This document shows, piece after piece, positions 27,147 to 35,261 of a stretch of 64,000 nucleotides of DNA. The notes beneath the pieces were generated by a model that was not told the DNA's origin, did no database searches, and saw only the letters and a list, made by a program, of their open reading frames with translations. Position 1 is the first letter of the stretch; the number at the start of each line of letters is the position of its first letter. Origin of the DNA: Shimia sp. (GTDB taxonomy: Bacteria > Pseudomonadota > Alphaproteobacteria > Rhodobacterales > Rhodobacteraceae); NCBI RefSeq assembly GCF_965227725.1, contig NZ_CBDDGH010000004.1, forward strand, positions 78,536-142,535. The letters run 5' to 3'. A program made the translations under genes and the position numbers.

Positions 27147-27572
27147 ATGAGCCAAAGCAACTCTCAGTTTGACGAGAATGTCCGTCTTGTTGATTTGCCC
27201 GTGATCTCCGACCCGCGAGGAGATCTGACCTTTATGGAAGGGGGGCGTCACATCCCGTTTGATATCCAGCGCGTTTACTATCTTTACAACGTGCCTGTTG
27301 ATGCGGAGCGGGGTGGACACGCGCATCGAGAACTGGAGCAAGTCGTTTTTGCCCTGTCCGGAAGTTTCCGAATGAAGATTGATGATGGGAAAACCAAGCG
27401 AGACGTATGGTTGCGCAGCCCAAAGAAGGGCCTCTACATCAGGAATTTAATTTGGCGGGAAATGGACAAATTCAGCCAAGGCGCCGTATGCATGGTTCTC
27501 GCCTCTCAACCCTATGATGAAGCGGACTACTATCGGGATTACGAAGAGTTCCTTGCCGCCGCACGCAAGTGA
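27147..27572 (+). CDS. FdtA/WxcM-like dTDP-4-keto-6-deoxyhexose 3,4-ketoisomerase (cupin)
   Basis: Track ORF 27099..27572 trimmed to MSQSNSQ. LVDLPVISDPRGDLTFMEGGRHIPFDIQRVYYLYNVP..ERGGHAHRELEQVVFALSGSF and LASQPYDEADYYRDYEEF closely follow the FdtA family pattern. Confidence 0.85.
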   Translation: MSQSNSQFDENVRLVDLPVISDPRGDLTFMEGGRHIPFDIQRVYYLYNVPVDAERGGHAHRELEQVVFALSGSFRMKIDDGKTKRDVWLRSPKKGLYIRNLIWREMDKFSQGAVCMVLASQPYDEADYYRDYEEFLAAARK

Positions 27573-27924
27573 TACCTGGCAAGGACCAGTTGATTTAGCC
27601 CACACTGAGAGAAGCGGTGTTCTAGTGGGGATTTACGCAAAATCTCGTCCAAGGATTGAGGATAAGCTTAGTTATACCTGCCCGATGTAGCCAAGTTCAA
27701 ATGCTTCTGTTTCCCGCGCGCGATCATCAATTAAGCGACTTTGACGTGCCACCGCTTTGCTCTCTGCCTTCGTGGCGTTGAAAATCTGCTGGCGCGCGAG
27801 CAACTTGGTTTCCGACAAAACGGTTATGCCCAATTCCCTCAGGGTTTGAGCATACTCATACCTAAGCTGACAAAGAATCTCACATCAATCAGCACTCATA
27901 TTAAAGGGATCGGCTTACCTACCT

Positions 27925-28447
27925 CTGCGGTTTCATTGATCTGTTCTCGTGGCGTGTTGTCGGTTGGGCGCTCTAGGCGCGCCAAGCATCAGAACTGGCA
28001 GGGCAGGCGTTGCTGACGGCAATCTGATGACGCAATCCCAGGCTCGGCCTGTTGATCCACTCAGATCATGGCGCGCAATTCACCAGCCATGAATGTGCCG
28101 CGTTTCTGCGCGAATACAATCTGTGATTCTCGATAAGCCGCAGAGGCAATTTTCATGAGTCCAAGCTGGTCCGGGCAGCGGACTTATTGATCCAATGGAT
28201 CAATAACATGCGCAGAACGCAGTGGCCGAGACTTTCTTTCAGCCCTCGACGCGGGAGAAGGTGAGACGGCCAAAATACCGCAACCCCGAGAAAGCGCGAC
28301 GCGATATCTTTGAATACTTCGAGCCGTGATACCCCCCAAGCCCAAGCACACAAACAACGACATATTGTCGCCAGTTGACCATGCGCACGGACAGCGCAAA
28401 CCAAAGAAAGCGACTTTCCTGGACACTACAGGCACCTCAAAGAGCCT
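27925..28447 (+). pseudogene. IS3-family transposase OrfB relic (5'-truncated, several frameshifts and stops)
   Basis: Hand translation in shifting frames gives YLCGFIDLFSWRVVGWAL*...LLIHSDHGAQFTSHECAAFLREYNL*FSISRRGNFHE...NAVAETFFQPSTREKVRRPKYRNPEKARRDIFEYFEP*...IPPKPKHTNNDILSPVDHAHGQRK. This matches the DDE core and C-terminus pattern of IS3 OrfB. Confidence 0.6.
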
Positions 28448-28702
28448 CGGCCCTAACGCCTTGAACGGTGCCGCTGTCATAAATACCCATCTAGTTTCGA
28501 GAATTAGACAAACCCCGGTCCCTTCCCATAATCTGATGTAAATACGTGAGACACCGATATCCGATTACCACCATCGCGATCGAACTGAAAATGCGCTAAT
28601 ATAAGGGCATTCAGAAAATTCAGAAATATCTGCTGACGGTTCTCGTTCAAAAGACGAAATCCCCGAGCCCGATTTAGCATTTCTAATCGTCGGAGATGGC
28701 AA

Positions 28703-29857
28703 TTGAAGTTGGATCACAAAGGCTATCAGGCACTCGAAAAAATTTACGATACAGCGGTTAATCCCGGAAGCTGGCGCAAGGCATTGGATTCAACTGCGGC
28801 CGTCGTCGACGCCAAGGCTATCGCCCTGGTGGTCAGGGGCCGCAATGCCGGTGCAAAAGATTTGACGCTGATGTCCACTGTCTACCTAGATTTCTCCCGT
28901 ACGCCCGCAGGTTGGTACTATAGTGCTTGGCTTTCCCGGCTCCAAAACCAGGATTGGGATTTTCTCCAGGAGCAACCAACGCATTACCCAACTCCAGATA
29001 TCGAAACGGGTATTCCACCCGAAGTTCTCGACCGCCGAAAAGACTATGCGTATTTGAAGAAGAGAACTGGCATTGCTCGGCGACTTGGAGTCCGTCTGAA
29101 CGAAGATCCCGTCTGGTTCGATGCAATGAGTATAGGTTTTGATCGCACAGTTTATGAAATACCAGCAGTAGCAGGCGATCGCACGCGCGCCTTGCTCCCC
29201 CACCTAACGAAGTCTTTGGAGATAGGTCGGGTATTCGCTTTTCTGAAGGCCCGCTATAAAGCGGCACTCACTGCCTTGGACCGAATTCAAGCAGGGATTG
29301 CACTTGCGCTACCAGATGGACAGGTAATCGTGAAAAACGCGGAAGTGGAAAGAATTGTTAGTCTTAAGGATGGTATGTTTTTGGCTCGCGATGCCAGAAT
29401 AGTCACCTCGGACCCAGAAACTACATCTAAAATACGAGCGCATATTTTTGAGGTGGCGTCTACAGCTCGGGGCCAGGCAAACCTGCACGAATCTCTTATC
29501 TCTGTAAGGCGGCCTTCCGGACAGACACCGTATCTTCTGGACATTGCTCCGATCAGTGACAGCAAGGCAGAATTAGAGCATGGATTGGAGGGGGCTCTCG
29601 TGACCATAATCGATCCAGAACGGGCCCCATATCTTAGGCTGGACCGGTTTACTAAGCTTTATGACCTGACGCAGGCTGAAACTGACGTCTGTCGCTGGAT
29701 CGCTGAAGGAGCTAGCGTCGCAGAGATCGCGGAAAAGCGAAACACCAGTCCTACTACGGCGAAAAATCAGGTAGCCGCAGTACTTTCTAAAGCGGGCGTC
29801 AGCAGTAGAATCGAATTGATAAGGCTCATCCTTCGCGTATTACCGCCCGTAGCTTGA
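28703..29857 (+). CDS. LuxR/FixJ-type HTH transcriptional regulator with about 310-aa uncharacterised N-terminal domain
   Basis: 384-aa ORF with a TTG start at 28703 and GGAG at 28692-28695. The C-terminal LuxR HTH is LTQAETDVCRWIAEGASVAEIAEKRNTSPTTAKNQVAAVLSKAGVSSRIELIRLIL. I see no AHL-binding or receiver motif. Confidence 0.8.
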   Translation: MKLDHKGYQALEKIYDTAVNPGSWRKALDSTAAVVDAKAIALVVRGRNAGAKDLTLMSTVYLDFSRTPAGWYYSAWLSRLQNQDWDFLQEQPTHYPTPDIETGIPPEVLDRRKDYAYLKKRTGIARRLGVRLNEDPVWFDAMSIGFDRTVYEIPAVAGDRTRALLPHLTKSLEIGRVFAFLKARYKAALTALDRIQAGIALALPDGQVIVKNAEVERIVSLKDGMFLARDARIVTSDPETTSKIRAHIFEVASTARGQANLHESLISVRRPSGQTPYLLDIAPISDSKAELEHGLEGALVTIIDPERAPYLRLDRFTKLYDLTQAETDVCRWIAEGASVAEIAEKRNTSPTTAKNQVAAVLSKAGVSSRIELIRLILRVLPPVA

Positions 29858-30046
29858 AGCATGGTATTGCTGGAACTCCTTTCGCAAAGAACGCAAATGT
29901 CATGATCTGTACGGATCATGAATTACCGGGCGCCGCTCTCTAACCTACTACGCAGGTGGTCTTGAGAATGACTGAGCCAAGCCCGCCAATTGAATGCCCT
30001 CGGCGCTGCGCTTTGGGTTTGATCAAGTTATTTTAGGAATATCGAA

Positions 30047-30694
30047 ATGACCAATTATGCTGCGATAACCAGCCCGGCTGCTGCCCTGACATCCATTCAA
30101 CAAGCACTCAAAGCGCTGGGCTACAATCCAGGCCCGATTGACGGTGACTTTGGCCGTCGCACACGCAAAGCCGCCGAAACCTGGCTCGACAATGATGGCA
30201 AACCCGCTGAGATGCAGCAGGTCGCCGCTACCACCAGCGCTGGAGGCATGATCTACCAGGACCCTGGGCACCATGCGGTGAATGAAATTGTGGTACATTG
30301 CACGGCTACTCGACCCGAATGGTATGAAGGGCGTTCTATTGAAGAGAAGATTACTGAAATCCGCCGATGGCACGTATCAGATCGCGGTTGGAACGACATA
30401 GGTTACCACTACGTGGTTGACCGAGACGGCAGCGTTGCACAAGGACGTGCTGAAACAGTCGTCGGCGCACATGTGAGAGGCCACAATCGCGGGACAATCG
30501 GTATTTCCCTGGTAGGAGGCTTCGGCTCGTCGGAAACCGACATCTTCAGTGACAACTTCACGGAAGCGCAAGAAACCGCATTGCGTAACTTGATATCAGA
30601 TATCGGACGCCGGACTCTGATCCGGAAAATCAACGGCCACAACGATTATGCTCAGAAAGCTTGCCCAGGTTTCAAGGTCAGCGAGTGGTTGTAA
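30047..30694 (+). CDS. N-acetylmuramoyl-L-alanine amidase (Amidase_2/PGRP) with N-terminal PG_binding_1 domain, endolysin-like
   Basis: 215-aa ORF. PG_binding_1: IQQALKALGYNPGPIDGDFGRRTRKAAETWL. Amidase_2: IVVHCTAT...WNDIGYHYVVDRDGSVAQGR...GAHVRGHNRGTIGISLVGG...NGHNDYAQKACPGF. There is no signal peptide. Confidence 0.85.
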   Translation: MTNYAAITSPAAALTSIQQALKALGYNPGPIDGDFGRRTRKAAETWLDNDGKPAEMQQVAATTSAGGMIYQDPGHHAVNEIVVHCTATRPEWYEGRSIEEKITEIRRWHVSDRGWNDIGYHYVVDRDGSVAQGRAETVVGAHVRGHNRGTIGISLVGGFGSSETDIFSDNFTEAQETALRNLISDIGRRTLIRKINGHNDYAQKACPGFKVSEWL

Positions 30695-30837
30695 AAAGGG
30701 TCGCAACAAACCCCAACAGGGCTTGAGGGCTTGAACGTTTTCCCGTTCGGTTCTTCGCAGAGTCGTGTCCATCGTGGACCTGTCGCGGTTTGATGCCGCT
30801 CCTTTGATAGTATTTATTGCAGCAAAGGAGACGAGCT

Positions 30838-31080
30838 ATGGGATTGAAACGGAAGGACGAATTTCGCGGTGATGCGGCGCGGATCGCGCTAACGAGCGGA
30901 CTAACACGCAAACAGGTGGCCTCGGATTTGGGTGTTGGCCTTTCGACGCTGAATAAATGGGTGACATCACATCGTGACACCAAGGTTGTGTCAGACAAAG
31001 ACCTCGACCTTGCCCGAGAGAATGAGCGACTTCGACGGGAGAACCGTATTCTCAAGGAGGAGAGGGACATCCCAAACTGA
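30838..31080 (+). CDS. IS3-family transposase OrfA (HTH), C-terminally disrupted
   Basis: ATG 30838 has AAGGAG at 30825-30830. The product reads MGLKRKDEFRGDAARIALTSGLTRKQVASDLGVGLSTLNKWV...ENERLRRENRILKEERDI. The expected continuation KATAFFASQKP lies in another frame after a palindromic segment of about 37 nt. Confidence 0.7.
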   Translation: MGLKRKDEFRGDAARIALTSGLTRKQVASDLGVGLSTLNKWVTSHRDTKVVSDKDLDLARENERLRRENRILKEERDIPN

Positions 31081-31146
31081 GAACGCGAACGCCATGCGTT
31101 CGAGAGAGCGTTCGAAGGCCACAGCCTTCTTCGCGAGCCAAAAACC

Positions 31147-32003
31147 ATGAGGTTCCAGTTCATTGAAGAGCATGGCCACGAATTCTCGACCAACCGCCTT
31201 TGTCAGGTCTTGGGTGTCAGCAACCGTGGCCTGCGCGCCTATCGCAGCCGCCCGGCCAGCCAAAGGCAGCAGACTGACATGGTTGTCTTGGCTCACATCA
31301 AAGAACAGTCCCGTCTCAGCTTAGGCAGCTATGGTCGTCCACGCATGACCGAAGAGTTGAAAGAGATGGGTCTGAACGTCGGGCATCGCCGGGTTGGCAG
31401 ATTGATGCGGAAGAATGGAATACGGGTCGAACGGTCCCAAAAATACAAGGTGACCACTGACAGCAACCACGCCCTCAACATCGCCCCGAACCTGTTGAAA
31501 CGAGACTTCAACGCGGATGGCCCCAATCAGAAATGGGCCGGGGACATCAGTTATGTTTGGACCCGAGAGGGATGGCTCTACCTTGCCGTCATTCTTGACC
31601 TGCATTCCCGACGGGTAATCGGCTGGGCGGTCAGCAACAGGGTGAAGCGTGATCTGGCGATCCGAGCGTTGAAGATGGCCGTAGCTCTTCGGCAGCCACC
31701 AAAAGACTGCATCCACCACACCACAGTGGCAGCCAATACTGCTCTCACGATTACCAGAAGCTGCTGCGCCAGCACGGCTTCCAGGTATCGATGAGTGGCA
31801 AAGGCAACTGTTATGACAACTCAGCTGTGGAAACCCTCTTCAAAACGATCAAGGCAGAGCTGATTTGGCGAAGGTCATAGCAGACGCGGCGGGACGCTGA
31901 GTTAGCCATCTTCCAGTACATCTACGGCTTCTACAATCCGCGCCGAAGGCACTCAGCATTGGGCTGGAAAAGCCCGGTCGCCCTCGAACGGAAAGTAGCC
32001 TAA
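31147..32003 (+). pseudogene. IS3-family transposase OrfB (DDE), frameshifted and with premature stop
   Basis: The reading MRFQFIEEHGHEF...NQKWAGDISYVWTREGWLYLAVILDLHSRRVIGWAV...CIHHT loses frame at about 31722-31724, an apparent 1-nt deletion in the HTD(S/R)GSQY block. In the shifted frame it reads GSQYCSHDYQKLLRQHGFQVSMSGKGNCYDNSAVETLFKTIKAELIWRRS, then TAG at 31878-31880, then QTRRDAELAIFQYIYGFYNPRRRHSALGWKSPVALERKVA*. Confidence 0.75.
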
Positions 32004-32363
32004 ACGTGCACTTGGGGCGGCACAAAAACGTGACATGTCCAAACTGGCGGGCTGACCCCAGCCCTTTAAGCCCATCTCACCCGCGCCATTTGGCTTACTT
32101 CGCTTGAACTCCGCAAGGGCGTCAGGCAGCACGCCTTGTCCGAAACCATATCAACAGGAAGAAACAAGAACGGCTTCTCCACCTGAAGGAGCTGGATCAA
32201 AGGACACACAGTACAGCGTTGTGGCGACGCCCTGGCAGCGTGGTAGTGTCTGTAGAGCTATCGAATCCGAGCCTCAAATTGGAGCGGCCGTTCTAATATT
32301 CACAAACAGAGGACCGCTAGAAACCGAGATCACCCTTCGCCGAAAAATCTGAGAAGCCGAACT

Positions 32364-35261
32364 TTAACCTAATATGTCGTCAGCATAGATCGTTGAAATT
32401 TCCAAGCTCGCAATCCGATACAACATGTCATTTGCGGGATCCGAAGACCTAAACGACACCGCATCAAACACCTGACTTGCCTCTACGCTGGCGCTGCCCC
32501 CATTGCTAAGATATGCGGCATCGCTTCCAATCAAGCTAAAGTGCCCTTCAGAATCTGCTGTCCAGAAATCTACCGTAACGTCCACGATATCCATTTCTTC
32601 GGAAGCCAGATCGAGCGAGAAAGCGGCTCCGGTGCCGACGACTTGCTCTGATTTGAGTTCAAAGAACAGCACTTCGTTTTCATTGATGTATGCGCGTTCG
32701 TCCTCTGTTTGATCCCAAGGCCCATAGCCCCCCTCGGTCCCTTTGCCTTTGTCCCGAACACCAAAAGCGGCTCCGAATCCAGCAGTGCTGGCATAGCTAT
32801 TGACCTCTTGTTTAATCACATCGCCAATGTTCAGGTCCGCGCCGAAACCGGCATCGCGAGCCGTATCTCTGTCGACAAAAACGAGCGTGTCTTGCAAGCC
32901 TGTTTCCATGTCGTATGTAAACGCCGCCACATCTACGATGTCCACAGAACTATCGGTCCCCCAATCTTTGTTCTGCTCAGCTTTGCCTGCTCTATTGAGC
33001 TCAAACAGTGCCGGACCATCCGTATTTTCACCATCCGCTACAGTTTTATGAAGTTCTTGCGACAAAAGCATTCGTTCTTTTGAATTCACAAAAAACGAGC
33101 CACGATCAAATTCGATATGCGAGTTGACCTCGATTGTCTCACTTTCCCCGATACTAACCTGGATAGAAGCAGTCGCCTGCTCTACTCCCCCACGACCATC
33201 ATCTATTTGATAGACAAAGCTCTGCTCAACTATTTCACCAGGCGCTGCGAGATCAAATAGGTCTCCTTTGGCCTCATAGCTAAAAGTCCCGTCAGGATTC
33301 AGAGACAACACACCATCCATTGGCCCAGAAACCAGCGAGACGGACAAATTGTCTCCGTCCGGGTCAAAATCTGAACCGCTTCCATTGTCATCTAGAACGT
33401 TACCCGACAGCGCGCTATTTTGGGAAACCGTGAACATATCATCCAAAGCTATTGGAGGCGCATTCACTGTGGCGAACTCCACTGTTATCTCGGAATTGTC
33501 ACCAACCACTTCAACATTAAATTCAGCTCCCTCGAAATCACCTTCCAGCGTGATTGTCCCATCGACGTCACCGTCGCCATCTTCGTCAATATCCAAAATT
33601 GCAGAGCCGGAAGTAACGGTAAGCCATTCCTTAAGCAGCTTAACCTTTTCAATGATGAGTTTTATCTGATCAGTGAAGCCGGTGATGACATCCCCATCAA
33701 GCGCCTTAAGCTCTCCAGCAACTGAACCAGTTCCTGCTGCGAGGTTAAATTCTTCCTTTGTTTCAGAGGCCACAAGCGCGTTCTGACCAACTACGCCATT
33801 GACAACTTTAAAGATATCCTCGCCAGTTGCACCATCAAGGAGCAACTCAAAATTGGTGACGTAAATCGCTGAGTCCAGTATGTAGTCACCGGTATCGGAA
33901 ACGGCAATTTTTATGCTATTTTGCCCTTGCTCTAGGTCTGGCCGGACCGACAACGCCCCAAATCCGTCCCATTCTATTGGGTACACGCCTGAGGTGTTGT
34001 CAACGAAGTTGAGCGCAAGATTCTCATCAATAACACTAAGAGGGGTGCTGGGGTCACCATTGAACAGAGCTGCATTGCTTCCATTAACAAAGACAGCAGC
34101 CACATCAATCACAGACGTATTCGAGAATTCAGGATACTCATCAGAACCGAACACGATGTCGAACCGAATGCCGTCCACATCTGGGTCGTCTACAAAAATA
34201 TCGAACTCAAGCACTGACGCATCAAGCGATTCCCCGGCACCATCAAACGCATCGCGGGCAACAGCGCTGAGATCAGAGTCACCGGGCGCATTATGCGACA
34301 CAGAAAAGTCAGTACTCGTATTTGAAGGTCCCGGGAACCCACCCGAGGACAGAAGTACCCCCCCTTCAAAATCAATACCCACACCGGGTATTTCAAAATC
34401 TTTGACCAGGAAGGCCGCGTTTTCGCTGCCAGTATAAGTCACATTCGAAATAGCACCACCAAGAATTGACTGCAGATAGAGCTCGGCAACATCACTCCCA
34501 GATGCAACACCGAATTCGTTCGCTGCTCCGGCGAAGGAAATAGTTTCTTCAGGGGCAATAAAAGTACCACCATTTTCATCGTTAGCGTCGGAAAACAAGG
34601 AATAATCCGCACCAAAATAAGGCGTGCTGAAGGCGTCTGGGCTGTTAGGGACGTCAGAGCTGTCTTTGCCAAATGCAGCATAGTAGATAGGTAGCGTGAC
34701 ATCATTTGAACCGTCGGATACAAATTCACTACCCGAGAACTCGACAACAGATGTGCCAAGATGCACGTGTAGATGCTGGCCACGACTGGCACCGACCTCC
34801 TCATCGAGCGAAGACAGGCGCAGGCCAGTCGCACCGGTGTCACCAAACGGCTCCCCAAAGTTGACACGGCCCCAAATCTGGCCAGCACCATACCCGCCTT
34901 CACCAGCAGAAATCCCTAGCGCTGTCTCTAAAAAGTTAGGGGCCATATGGGCATAAGTCACAAAGATTTCTTGGCCATCGACGAAAGATCGAACTGTAAC
35001 ATAGTTGCCATGTCCGCTACCCGCACTTGCGTATAAATCTCCATCTATAAGCGTATTTGGGGGACCCTGAATGAACTCTTCTCCGACGCTTTGACGAAAA
35101 GCGACTATGTCCCCGCTTACAATCGGATAGACAGCGGTCCCGTAAGGGACAGCAAAATCGACACCCCACTTCAGGGCGCCAAAATGGCTAACCTCTTCAT
35201 TAAAGCCTTGCGTAACAATATAGGAACCGCCGGAATAAGGCAGTGGCACCGATTTCGTCAT
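32364..35261 (-). CDS. Large multidomain protein: N-terminal M23 (LytM-type) peptidase, choice-of-anchor-L domain, cadherin-like/VCBS Ig repeat, about 280-aa unknown C-terminal region; no signal peptide
   Basis: Track ORF trimmed to ATG 35261 (MTKSVPLPYSGG...), with GAGGG upstream. M23 blocks: WGVDFAVPYGTAVYPIVSGDIV, GHGNYVTV, VTYAHM, GQHLHVHL. Choice-of-anchor-L-like: GGVLLSSGG...GDSDL...DASVLEFDIFV...FDIVFGSDEYPEF...DVAAVFVNG. Cadherin-like: NAPPIALDDMFTVSQNSALSGNVLDDNGSGSDFDPDGDNLSV. Confidence 0.8.
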   Translation of the reverse strand: MTKSVPLPYSGGSYIVTQGFNEEVSHFGALKWGVDFAVPYGTAVYPIVSGDIVAFRQSVGEEFIQGPPNTLIDGDLYASAGSGHGNYVTVRSFVDGQEIFVTYAHMAPNFLETALGISAGEGGYGAGQIWGRVNFGEPFGDTGATGLRLSSLDEEVGASRGQHLHVHLGTSVVEFSGSEFVSDGSNDVTLPIYYAAFGKDSSDVPNSPDAFSTPYFGADYSLFSDANDENGGTFIAPEETISFAGAANEFGVASGSDVAELYLQSILGGAISNVTYTGSENAAFLVKDFEIPGVGIDFEGGVLLSSGGFPGPSNTSTDFSVSHNAPGDSDLSAVARDAFDGAGESLDASVLEFDIFVDDPDVDGIRFDIVFGSDEYPEFSNTSVIDVAAVFVNGSNAALFNGDPSTPLSVIDENLALNFVDNTSGVYPIEWDGFGALSVRPDLEQGQNSIKIAVSDTGDYILDSAIYVTNFELLLDGATGEDIFKVVNGVVGQNALVASETKEEFNLAAGTGSVAGELKALDGDVITGFTDQIKLIIEKVKLLKEWLTVTSGSAILDIDEDGDGDVDGTITLEGDFEGAEFNVEVVGDNSEITVEFATVNAPPIALDDMFTVSQNSALSGNVLDDNGSGSDFDPDGDNLSVSLVSGPMDGVLSLNPDGTFSYEAKGDLFDLAAPGEIVEQSFVYQIDDGRGGVEQATASIQVSIGESETIEVNSHIEFDRGSFFVNSKERMLLSQELHKTVADGENTDGPALFELNRAGKAEQNKDWGTDSSVDIVDVAAFTYDMETGLQDTLVFVDRDTARDAGFGADLNIGDVIKQEVNSYASTAGFGAAFGVRDKGKGTEGGYGPWDQTEDERAYINENEVLFFELKSEQVVGTGAAFSLDLASEEMDIVDVTVDFWTADSEGHFSLIGSDAAYLSNGGSASVEASQVFDAVSFRSSDPANDMLYRIASLEISTIYADDILG

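Larger units (their letters stand above)
30732..32035 (+). mobile_element. IS3-family insertion sequence, inactivated copy (about 1.3 kb)
   Basis: orfA and orfB are described below. The tentative ends are TGAACGTTTTCCCG at 30732 and ...CACAAAAACGTGACA at 32035, an imperfect inverted match (AAAACGT..CA). No clear target duplication is seen, so the boundaries are approximate. Confidence 0.65.
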
